A DNA stretch of 43,501 bases from an uncultured Gammaproteobacteria bacterium (GTDB lineage: Bacteria; Patescibacteriota; Microgenomatia; UBA1406; GWC2-37-13), in assembly GCA_964366485.1 (NCBI GenBank), contig CAYITZ010000001.1, positions 1 through 43,501 of the forward strand. Direction: 5' to 3'. Both the position numbers and the translations under genes were made by a program. Below the pieces are notes generated by a model. That model had not been told where the DNA came from. It did not search any database and worked only from the letters and a program-made list of their open reading frames with translations. Shown here in pieces: positions 8,982 through 17,469 of this stretch. Each line of letters begins with the position of its first letter. Position 1 is the stretch's first letter.

Positions 8982-10482
8982 AGCTTTGTTATCGTTGCTC
9001 TTGCAGATCTTTCAACTTCATAAAAGCTCCGTACCCACTGATAAAAAAGGGCTCATTATTATACTGATTGATGGACTTAGTCACACCATGCTCAAACAGG
9101 CGATCGAAAAAAGATATGGCAAATTTTTTTCAAAACTTCTTAAAAAAGGATACTCTGTACATCCATATTTTTGTGGTATCCCTGCGGTAACTACCGCAAC
9201 TGAGGCAGAGTTATTCTTTGGGACAAGTGAAAATATTCCTGGATTTACTTGGTATGATAGGTCTTTGTCTCAGTTTGTGAGGGGAAATAGGGGCGAAAGT
9301 GTCGTGGGATTTGAACAAGAAATGAAGAAGAAATCTCAATTGCTCAAGTCAGGATCTTGCATATTGGGTATTTATTCCGCAGGCGCTACACAATGTGATC
9401 TTTCAGGGGTTGAGTTAAATTTAAAATCCCCATTGAAAGTTTTTCGTAAGCTCCATTATTTTCTCTTTATTTTTTTCAACCCTCTTCGATTGTTTTTAAC
9501 ATGCTACCTTATAGTTAGGAGTGTGCTTACAAGTATTTTTATTTCAGGCAAAGAACGATCAAAAAAGAAATTAATTACTCTTTTAAAATCCGCATTTTCC
9601 CGTATTTTCTTAGGAAATATTGCAAGCTATATTGCCGAACTTGAAATAGCGCGTGAAACGCCTGTTCTTTTTATTGATTATGTACTCTATGATGAATTTG
9701 CTCACGAATACGGAATAGATGCTAAGATGTCTTACTCATCAATTCGACTAATTGATTGGTATTGTGAGTCTCTCTATAAAACAGCTCAAAAATCTAAAAG
9801 AAAATATGATTTTCTCATTCTTTCCGATCACGGACAGACACCATCAAGACCCCTTGATAAACCAAACTACCTTGAGAGCATAGTTCAAAATGCTCTCAAT
9901 GATCCATCCTATCATGTGTTAAAAACATTTGGTTTCCCCCCATTTGAACAAAAAGATAAGAACATCTATCTTATTCCAGGTGGCTCAACAACTCAAGTTT
10001 ATTTTTCTGAAAGATTCAAAAAACCTTATGTACTACATGAACTTGACGAGAAATTTCCAAATATCATAAATAGTTTGATAAATAATGAAGAAATTGGTTG
10101 GGTGTTGGTAAGGAATAGTAATAATACGCAGTCACTCATTGGAAGAAAAGGAATGATTGAATTTGCAGGAGGGAAAGTCCAGAAAATCTCTGGCTACCCT
10201 TTTGGCACATTGCCGTTTGATAAAAGAATACCCCAGTCACTCGCACGATATGCGTCTTTTGAAAATAATGGGGATCTGGTACTTTTTGGAAATGTTGATG
10301 ATCAAGGAAGACTGTATGCCTTTGAAGAACATAAAGGAACCCATGGGGGGTTTTATGGAGATATGACAAGGCCGTTTATATTAACGAATAACGAGATGGT
10401 TATAAATCAATTAAATAAAGATAATGAAATGAGGCTCATTTTTGAAGCGATCAGAACAAGTTATGGCGCGGATAAACTATAA
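8974..10482 (+). CDS. alkaline-phosphatase-superfamily enzyme (type I phosphodiesterase/nucleotide pyrophosphatase-like) with internal TM segments
   Basis: LIIILIDGLSH (metal/nucleophile region), DEFAHEYG, LILSDHGQT and EEHKGTHGG motifs. Hydrophobic stretch HYFLFIFFNPLRLFLTCYLIV. Confidence 0.65.
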   Translation: MRKALLSLLLQIFQLHKSSVPTDKKGLIIILIDGLSHTMLKQAIEKRYGKFFSKLLKKGYSVHPYFCGIPAVTTATEAELFFGTSENIPGFTWYDRSLSQFVRGNRGESVVGFEQEMKKKSQLLKSGSCILGIYSAGATQCDLSGVELNLKSPLKVFRKLHYFLFIFFNPLRLFLTCYLIVRSVLTSIFISGKERSKKKLITLLKSAFSRIFLGNIASYIAELEIARETPVLFIDYVLYDEFAHEYGIDAKMSYSSIRLIDWYCESLYKTAQKSKRKYDFLILSDHGQTPSRPLDKPNYLESIVQNALNDPSYHVLKTFGFPPFEQKDKNIYLIPGGSTTQVYFSERFKKPYVLHELDEKFPNIINSLINNEEIGWVLVRNSNNTQSLIGRKGMIEFAGGKVQKISGYPFGTLPFDKRIPQSLARYASFENNGDLVLFGNVDDQGRLYAFEEHKGTHGGFYGDMTRPFILTNNEMVINQLNKDNEMRLIFEAIRTSYGADKL

Positions 10483-11503
10483 TATGAGTATGAGAAGCAT
10501 ACAGATTCTTGAAGATACGTTTGATAAAAAAGAATTTAATAGTGTTGCACTACATCCTCTACAAGCATGGGAATGGGGAGAAGCACGAAAAAAAATGGGG
10601 ATTGCTGTGATAAGAATAGGAGTATTTGATAAAGATACTCTTATTGAAACTTATCAAATGACTATACATCTCATTGCTTTAGGCTATAAAATTGGTTATC
10701 TCCCTCGCTCAATATTTCCTTCCAAGGACGTGTTGAGCTTTCTATCGTCGTATGGGAAAAAAAACAATCTCATCTTCATAAAAATCGAACCGTATGTTGA
10801 AGCGGGTTTCAAATTTCCCTACGTTCCTCAGGGTAAACAAACTTCAAATTTCAAATTGACTAAGTCTCCTCATCCTTTATTTCCAATCTGGACGCAAATG
10901 CTGGACCTCACCCAAACTGAAGAAGATCTCTTAAGGAATATGAAGCAAAAGACGAGATATAATATTAAACTCGCTCAAAAAAAGGGTGTTGCGGTGAAGG
11001 AAATGTCAAACAATGAGGGCTTTGAGATATTTCAGAAGCTCTATTTTGATACGTGCAAACGGCAAAAATACTTTGGCCACACAAAAGAGTATCACGAAAT
11101 TGTCTGGAACAGTCTAAAGGATGGGATTGCCCATATTTTAATTGCATTCTATGAAGGTGCTCCCCTTGCGGCGTATGAACTGTTCAAATTCAAAGATATT
11201 TTTTATTATCCGTATGGGGGTACTTCAGAATTACACCGCAACCTGATGGCGGCAAATCTTCTCATGTGGGAGGCAATCCGCTTAGGAAGAAAACTGGGTG
11301 CAACCAAGTTTGACATGTGGGGGTCTCTTCCCCGAAATTATGACCAACATAATCCTTGGGCGGGCTTTACCCGATTCAAAGAGGGATACGGCACCACCTT
11401 CACCGAATTTGTTCCCGGATTAGATTTGGTAGTTTCTCCCTTTTTATATTCTCTCTATAATCTTATGTATACATTAAGGAATTTCTACCTTGGACTACGA
11501 TAG
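10463..11503 (+). CDS. FemAB-family peptidyltransferase (peptidoglycan interpeptide-bridge type)
   Basis: QKTRYNIKLAQKKGV, YEGAPLAAYELF..YYPYGGTS and WEAIRLGRKLGATKFDMWG resemble FemX/FemAB. The start is ambiguous: TTG 10442 (track), ATG 10463 or ATG 10484. Confidence 0.7.
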   Translation: MARINYNMSMRSIQILEDTFDKKEFNSVALHPLQAWEWGEARKKMGIAVIRIGVFDKDTLIETYQMTIHLIALGYKIGYLPRSIFPSKDVLSFLSSYGKKNNLIFIKIEPYVEAGFKFPYVPQGKQTSNFKLTKSPHPLFPIWTQMLDLTQTEEDLLRNMKQKTRYNIKLAQKKGVAVKEMSNNEGFEIFQKLYFDTCKRQKYFGHTKEYHEIVWNSLKDGIAHILIAFYEGAPLAAYELFKFKDIFYYPYGGTSELHRNLMAANLLMWEAIRLGRKLGATKFDMWGSLPRNYDQHNPWAGFTRFKEGYGTTFTEFVPGLDLVVSPFLYSLYNLMYTLRNFYLGLR

Positions 11504-11533
11504 GTAATTTGAATTAAAATTTTCAATGATTAT

Positions 11534-12139
11534 TTGAACAAAGTACATTCGGTTATTATTATTCCTGGTCTGGGAGGTGAAACAAGAATGCTCCAGTTAG
11601 CTACAAATCACTGGAAACGTCATGGATTGGATACTATTGTTCATTCTGTAGGGTGGCGTGATGGTGAGCCCTCATTCGAACCAAAACTCAAAATATTGGT
11701 AGAAATGATCGATCGGCTCACGAATAAAGGAGTTGTTGTTTCTTTGGTGGGAACAAGTGCTGGTGGTAGTGCCGCTTTAAACGCATTTATTGAGCGCAGA
11801 AATGTCGTGCACCGAGTAGTAAATGTCTGTGGAAGATTAAGAAAAGGACCATCTACCGGATTTCGATCATTTGAAGCAAAAACTGCTTCAAGTCCATCAT
11901 TTGCTGAGTCTGTCAAATTATTTGAAAGTAGAGAAGGTAGCCTCACTGATTTGGATAAACAAAAAATAATGACAGTTCGAGCTATGTTCGGTGATGAATT
12001 GGTCCCAGCTAATACAACCATTTTACAGGGTGCTTTAAATACAAAAGTTCCATCCCCAGAACATGTATTTAGTATAGGAATGTCATTAACGCTATTTTCT
12101 AAGCCAGTAATTCTCTTTTTGAAGGGGACAAATTCATAA
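11534..12139 (+). CDS. small alpha/beta hydrolase (lipase/esterase-like)
   Basis: VIIIPGLGG oxyanion-type start and LVGTSAGGSA (GxSxG). TTG start. Confidence 0.5.
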   Translation: MNKVHSVIIIPGLGGETRMLQLATNHWKRHGLDTIVHSVGWRDGEPSFEPKLKILVEMIDRLTNKGVVVSLVGTSAGGSAALNAFIERRNVVHRVVNVCGRLRKGPSTGFRSFEAKTASSPSFAESVKLFESREGSLTDLDKQKIMTVRAMFGDELVPANTTILQGALNTKVPSPEHVFSIGMSLTLFSKPVILFLKGTNS

Positions 12140-12148
12140 AGAATAAAC

Positions 12149-12313
12149 TAGAAGTCATCTCTAATCCTAGGGATACGGAATGTCATTGCGAGCCAATCAT
12201 AGTATAGCGAAGCAATCTTATCAGGTCATGAGATTGCCACATCGCCCTTGGCAACCTCGCAGGTTGCCAGGCTCCTCGCAATGACATGTTATTAGGTTTA
12301 GAGATAACTTCTA
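12149..12313. repeat. 165-nt nested imperfect palindrome (outer stem, inner stem, two internal hairpins) between convergent genes
   Basis: Outer arms 12149-12170 TAGAAGTCATCTCTAATCCTAG and 12292-12313 are complementary at 19/22 positions. Inner arms ATGTCATTGCGAG (12180-12192) and CTCGCAATGACAT (12275-12287) are perfect over 13 bp. Internal hairpins: GCAATCT/AGATTGC (12212-12218 / 12231-12237) and CTTGGCAACCT-CGC-AGGTTGCCAGG (12247-12271). Confidence 0.8.
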
Positions 12314-13129
12314 CCTATAATTACTATTCGAGTCAGCGGCCATACTTAATACAATTTCCTTATATCTTTTAACTGCTTTGTATAAATCAGAAATAACAAT
12401 ATATTCTTCTTTTTGATGCGCCAGTTTTGGGTTTCCTGGATCACAGATGATGAAATCAACGTCTTTGTAAAATCTCGCGTCGGTTGCAAAATTCACTCCT
12501 ACTGCCTCAGTATGGCATATCTTTTTTGCCGCTCTGACTAGAGGGGAATCTACACTTGTCTCACAAGGCTCCCCGTACGAAATGACATCTATCGATCCTC
12601 TCCCCTGCCTATTGACTATTTGAGCTATTTTATGAATGATGTTTGCTTTTGATTGTCCAGGTAAATAACGAATATCTATATCTAATTCACACTTACCGGC
12701 AACGATATTCACCTTTTGTCCTCCTTTTATAATTCCCAGACTAATTGATGGATTAGATAATAGTGGATGAACTATGCTGAACTTCATACTTTTTAATTCT
12801 TGAATGATGTTTGACATCTTCTCAATTGCATTCTCTCCATTTTCAGGAAAAGCGGCATGCGCTTCTTTTCCAGATATGATAATTTTCAGTCTGAGAAATC
12901 CCTTTTCTGCAATAAAAATATTGAAGCCAGTTGGTTCACCGAATATATGGTATTTTGCATTTATTCCTTTTTCTGCCAATACTTTTGTTCCAAAATATCC
13001 TGCATTTTCCTCATCGCAAACACAGCATAAGATAACTTTTCCGTTGAATTTCTGAAAAGTCAGATTCTGATAATTTAATATCTCCAAAATCAATATCATA
13101 GTAAAAACCGCTTTCAATAGAAGTACCAA
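12311..13129 (-). pseudogene. M20-family metallopeptidase (ArgE/DapE-like) lacking about 95 N-terminal residues
   Basis: Homology starts near GKVILCCVCDEENAG (the DEE metal motif). It continues through FGEPTG, the dimerisation domain AEKGFLRLKIIISGKEAHAAFPENGENAIEKM, and the C-terminal DPGNPKLAHQKEEY. The N-terminal HxD and Asp metal ligands are missing. The first ~30 codons of the track ORF are an alternate-frame read of ThrRS-derived DNA. Confidence 0.65.
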
Positions 13130-13223
13130 GCGTCAACTTTGTCTTTGGATAATATTCAAGGATAGCAGCCGCCAATAAATGAGCACAAGAATGTCGAAGA
13201 TTGTCTAGACTTTGTTTTTCCAT
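13011..13223 (-). pseudogene. threonyl-tRNA synthetase N-terminal (editing-domain HxxxH region) fragment, 70 codons
   Basis: LRHSCAHLLAAAILEYYPKTKLTLGTSIESGFYYDIDF matches the ThrRS N2/tRNA_SAD segment (E. coli RHSCAHLLGHAIKQLWP...GFYYD). The ORF stops after 70 aa inside the M20 remnant, in another frame. Confidence 0.7.
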
Positions 13224-13254
13224 AAGATTTATGATATTAACTTTTAATAGTCTT

Positions 13255-14793
13255 TTATTGGGTATTTTTTAACCAATTAATAATTTTATCCCCAATAAGC
13301 TTAGTATTTGGGTTATATTTTTTTCTGTGTTTAATAGCTTTTCTTTTTAATTCCAGAATATTTTTTGGAATAGACGCCTTAGTAATTCTTTTTATTCGTT
13401 TAAGTATTTCAAATTCATCTAACATATCATCATTAATTGATTTTGTGAGAGCTCTGCAAACATCCTTTGCAAACTTTGCCCAGTGGGCCGTTGAACAGAT
13501 AATTACGGGTGAGGAGATAGATTTTTGTTTTTGGTATCTCTCTACTATCGCTTGAGCAACAGAAGTATGGGGGTCCATCAGATATTTAGTTTCATCATAA
13601 AGTTTTTTTATATTTAATAAACAATCTTTATTTGAAACCCAATCCGCATAAAATTCTTTCTTTAAGATTCCTTTAGTAAGATTGTCAACCTCAAATTTTC
13701 TTTCGATTTTTAATTGGTTTATCCAGAAGGAAACTTTTTTTGGATCATTAGAGATTGTGTATAAAAGACGTTCAATATTACTGGCGATAAGAATATCCAT
13801 CGACGGTGAGGGTGTTTGCACCAATTTACGTTTTTTAATATTATATATTCCTGTTTGGAGAAATTCTGTTAGTACATTGTTTTCATTTGAAGCACAGATA
13901 AACTTTCGAATTGGTAATCCCATTTTCTTAGCATAATATGCTGCTAATGTATTCCCGAAATTACCCGTAGGGATAGCTATGTCTATCTGACTTCCCAATG
14001 TTATAACCTGCTTGTTTACTAAATCAATGTAGGCATTAATATGGTAAATAATTTGTGGAATAAGCCTTCCCCAGTTAATTGAGTTTGCTGAAGACAATAA
14101 AACTTGGTATTGATTAAAAAGTTTTTTATTAAATTTGCTGTCATTAAATATATCTTTTACTAATGATTGGACTGCATCAAAATCTCCATGGATAGCGCAA
14201 ACTTCAACATTTAACCCGTTTTGGGTAATCATTTGCAACTCTTGGAGTCGCGATACATGTCCATAGGGATAAAAAACTATTATGGAAACACCTTTTCTAT
14301 CTTTGAACCCCTCTAAAGCTGCTTTTCCTGTATCTCCAGATGTTGCTACTAAAATGAGATAATGTATAGGTTTTTCACCTTTGTTGACCAATTTTTTATT
14401 CTTCTCCTTTACTGCTTCTGAAAATAGCAATGGCATAATTTGTAAAGCCATATCTTTGAAAGCGGAGGTTGGACCATGCCATAACTCAAGAACATATTGA
14501 TTGTCTTTTAAGTGGATTGATGGGGCAATTAGAGTAGTATCGAAGTTTGTAGAATATGCTGTATTAACAATTTTCCTTATGGTATTCTCTGACAAGTCTG
14601 GTTCAAAAAGATTAAAAATAAAAATAGCTCGTTCTTGATATGACTTTTTTGATAGTAACCTTAATTGTCTAAGCGAAAATTTTGGTATTTTTTCCGGAAC
14701 AAAAAGACCTCCATCATTTGCAATACCTTTTAATATGACATCCAAAAAAGAACATAATTTTATATTGTTTCGTGTACTTTTGTATTGAATCAT
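13255..14793 (-). CDS. thrC: threonine synthase (long form)
   Basis: YKSTRNN...GIANDGGLFVP at the N-terminus; PLP-lysine motif TSAFKDMALQ; SGDTGKAA. ATGA overlap with the upstream kinase. Confidence 0.9.
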   Translation of the reverse strand: MIQYKSTRNNIKLCSFLDVILKGIANDGGLFVPEKIPKFSLRQLRLLSKKSYQERAIFIFNLFEPDLSENTIRKIVNTAYSTNFDTTLIAPSIHLKDNQYVLELWHGPTSAFKDMALQIMPLLFSEAVKEKNKKLVNKGEKPIHYLILVATSGDTGKAALEGFKDRKGVSIIVFYPYGHVSRLQELQMITQNGLNVEVCAIHGDFDAVQSLVKDIFNDSKFNKKLFNQYQVLLSSANSINWGRLIPQIIYHINAYIDLVNKQVITLGSQIDIAIPTGNFGNTLAAYYAKKMGLPIRKFICASNENNVLTEFLQTGIYNIKKRKLVQTPSPSMDILIASNIERLLYTISNDPKKVSFWINQLKIERKFEVDNLTKGILKKEFYADWVSNKDCLLNIKKLYDETKYLMDPHTSVAQAIVERYQKQKSISSPVIICSTAHWAKFAKDVCRALTKSINDDMLDEFEILKRIKRITKASIPKNILELKRKAIKHRKKYNPNTKLIGDKIINWLKNTQ

Positions 14794-15407
14794 TTTTTAA
14801 TTACCTCCATAAATTCATCTACACTAAAATTTTGACTATGCGAAAAAGTATAATCAAACCTAATATTTGTAATATTCTCATACCTTTTTGATCTAAAAGC
14901 AAGTAGTTTAGGATAACATCTACTTAGAGATTCAATATTTGATTCCCCATTTACCTTGTAAAAAGATTTACCCCAAATAACCGGCTTTGGATCTTTAAGA
15001 TACAACCTGTACATTTCTTGCTGAACAGTAACGGGAGTGTCCAAATAAATTATCTGAGTTAATTTCGATAATTTCTGTAAAATACTATTTTCCATATAAA
15101 TAACACTACCAGTCGTATCAATAACAATATTTTTTTGGTGTTTAATAGCTCTAAATATTTCATACGTTGCTTTGTTCTCAAAATATAAATATTTTTTACT
15201 TCTTTTCACATATTGGGGATCAAATGGTTGCCCCATCCATTTACCAACATCATGTAATCCAGAATAACCAAACTTTTTAAGTTCATGACTTAATTTCTGT
15301 TCAATTATGTCATCACAACAAAACCTCTTGAAGCCTTTTTCTTCTTGAAGTTTTTTCGACCAATAACTTTTACCACTACCAGACATTCCAATTATTGAAA
15401 GTTTCAT
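14790..15407 (-). CDS. P-loop kinase, shikimate-kinase-like fold, sitting in the homoserine kinase position of the thr operon
   Basis: Walker A IIGMSGSGKS. FCCDDIIEQ resembles the SK DxD substrate motif and VIDTTGSVIY resembles the SK GGG segment. 205 aa. ATGA overlaps on both sides (asd and thrC). Confidence 0.6.
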   Translation of the reverse strand: MKLSIIGMSGSGKSYWSKKLQEEKGFKRFCCDDIIEQKLSHELKKFGYSGLHDVGKWMGQPFDPQYVKRSKKYLYFENKATYEIFRAIKHQKNIVIDTTGSVIYMENSILQKLSKLTQIIYLDTPVTVQQEMYRLYLKDPKPVIWGKSFYKVNGESNIESLSRCYPKLLAFRSKRYENITNIRFDYTFSHSQNFSVDEFMEVIKK

Positions 15408-16477
15408 ATATACCCTTTTTTAACTAGTAACTCTGCCATGAGAATTGCTCCTCCAGCAGCACCTCTTATGGTATTGTGAGATAGAGCAATAAATTTCCAA
15501 TCAAAATATTTATCTTTCAGCAATCTCCCCATTGAGATTCCCATTCCATTTCCAAAGTCACGGTCCAATCTTGTTTGAGGGCGATTCTCCTCTTCAAAAT
15601 AATGAATAAACTCCTTTGGGGCAGAGGGTAAATTTAATTTATCTATTGGGTTAAACTTTTTAATCGCATCAAGAATTTGTTGTCTGGATGGTTTTATCTT
15701 GAATAATACTGATACACTTACCATATGACCGTTTGATGCAGGAACTCGTATGCATGTTGCAGAAATTTCTGGTTTTTTAGCAATATACAATTTATTGTTA
15801 GTAATTTTTGCCCATATTTTTAAGGGTTCTTTCTCAGATTTTTCTTCTTCTCCAACTATTAAAGGAATAACATTATCGACCATCTCTGGCCAACTACCAA
15901 ACGTTTTGCCTGCGCCAGAGATTGCCTGCATACTAACAATCTGAGCTTTTTGTGGTTTAAATTTTTTAAGAGCAGTAAGTATTGATACATAGGATTGTAT
16001 TGAACAGTTTGGTTTCACAGCAATTAAACCCTTTTTCCAACCTCTGTTTTTTCTTTGTATATCTATGAGTTTTACATGTTCAGAATTAATCTCCGGCATA
16101 ATCATTGGAATATCTTCTGTCCATCTATGCGCAGAGTTGTTTGATACAACAGGAACATCAAGTGCGGCATAAGCTTTCTCAACCCGCTTAATATCCTCTT
16201 TATCCATATCTAACGCAGAGAAAACAAAATTAACCTGTTTTGCTATACTTTTTATATTACTTTCTGCGGATTTAACTTTTAATTTCTTTACTTGTTCTGG
16301 AATAGGTGTATTCATTTTCCATCGGCCTTTAACAGCCTCTTCGTATTTTTTCCCAGATGATTGAGGAGACGCTGCAATAACTACTACCTCAAACCATGGA
16401 TGATTTTCTAGCAGTTGGATAAACCGCTGTCCCACCATACCCGTTGCTCCCAATATTCCCACTTTTAGCTTATTCAT
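15404..16477 (-). CDS. asd: aspartate-semialdehyde dehydrogenase
   Basis: VGILGATGMVGQRF (NADP site), active-site KPNCSIQS, SMQAISGAG and SHNTIRGAAG. Confidence 0.9.
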   Translation of the reverse strand: MNKLKVGILGATGMVGQRFIQLLENHPWFEVVVIAASPQSSGKKYEEAVKGRWKMNTPIPEQVKKLKVKSAESNIKSIAKQVNFVFSALDMDKEDIKRVEKAYAALDVPVVSNNSAHRWTEDIPMIMPEINSEHVKLIDIQRKNRGWKKGLIAVKPNCSIQSYVSILTALKKFKPQKAQIVSMQAISGAGKTFGSWPEMVDNVIPLIVGEEEKSEKEPLKIWAKITNNKLYIAKKPEISATCIRVPASNGHMVSVSVLFKIKPSRQQILDAIKKFNPIDKLNLPSAPKEFIHYFEEENRPQTRLDRDFGNGMGISMGRLLKDKYFDWKFIALSHNTIRGAAGGAILMAELLVKKGYI

Positions 16478-17469
16478 ATATTTCCTCCATTAACTATTTT
16501 TGCAACTGATAGAAGATCAGCGAACACACCTGCTGCAGTAACAAAAATTCCTGCCCCAGGTCCTTTTACTACTAATGGGTTTTTAAAATATCGTTCGGTC
16601 TTGAGGGCAATCAAATTGTCAGGTCCTTTAAGATTTCCAATATCACTTGATTTATCAACTTCTTGAAGTCCGACACTACACTTTTGAAAACTTATTTTTG
16701 CTACAAAGCGTAGAACTTTATCTTTCTTTTTTGCTTCTTTTACCTTTTGTTTGTAAAAATTATTTATTTGGTATAGGTCGCGCAAAAAGTTTTCATCGCT
16801 TAGTTTCTGCATTTTTTTTGGATATAAACCAACAAGTTGTATATCTTTAATTTCAATTTTCCGACCTATTAAGCGGGCCAAAATTAGAGCTTTGCGAGCT
16901 ACGTCAACACCTGATAAATCGTCTCTCGGATCGGGTTCGGTAAACCCTTTTTCCTTTGCAGAAAGTACTGCTTCAGAGAACAGTCTTCCATTGTCTAATT
17001 GAGAAAAAATAAATCCAAGTGTTCCACTAAAGCAACCTTGTATTTCTATAACTTTATCTCCAGTTGTTATAAAATTTTTTAATGTTTGGACGATCGGTAA
17101 ACCTGCGCCTACTACGCACTCATAAAATAACCGTTGTTCACCCAATTTATGTAAAAAATCAAAATCTTTTTGTTTGCCACTAAGTGGTTTTTTGTTTGCT
17201 AAAATAGCAAATCCTCCACGTTTTAGAGCAAACGTAATATATGAGACTGTTTCATCGGATGCGGTTGTATCTATAAGCACAAATGGTAAAGCAATTTTCT
17301 GTATTGCGTCATTAATTTCTTGTGCAGAATTTTCTGAATTAAATTTTCCAACATAATTAAGTGAAATACCTAAGCTTTTTCTAAGTTTCTTTTTCTGTTC
17401 TGCGAGTTGCCTTATAACTTCCTTTCCTACATTTCCAGCTCCAAGATGTAAAATGTTCAATTTTTTCAT
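16474..17469 (-). CDS. hom: homoserine dehydrogenase, no C-terminal ACT domain
   Basis: LNILHLGAGNVGKEV (NAD(P) site), FYECVVGAGLPIV, GTLGFIF and EPDPRDDLSGVDVARK. I prefer ATG 17469, which forms an ATGA overlap with the ask stop; the track start is 17487. Confidence 0.85.
   Translation of the reverse strand: MKKLNILHLGAGNVGKEVIRQLAEQKKKLRKSLGISLNYVGKFNSENSAQEINDAIQKIALPFVLIDTTASDETVSYITFALKRGGFAILANKKPLSGKQKDFDFLHKLGEQRLFYECVVGAGLPIVQTLKNFITTGDKVIEIQGCFSGTLGFIFSQLDNGRLFSEAVLSAKEKGFTEPDPRDDLSGVDVARKALILARLIGRKIEIKDIQLVGLYPKKMQKLSDENFLRDLYQINNFYKQKVKEAKKKDKVLRFVAKISFQKCSVGLQEVDKSSDIGNLKGPDNLIALKTERYFKNPLVVKGPGAGIFVTAAGVFADLLSVAKIVNGGNI

Noticed and set aside
12149-12313. SRP (4.5S) RNA or a simple bidirectional terminator
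   Set aside because: It is a long hairpin and contains CAGGUC, but the conserved domain-IV GGAA tetraloop and AGCA arrangement is absent. There are no flanking U/A tracts typical of an intrinsic terminator, and the branched structure exceeds what a terminator needs.
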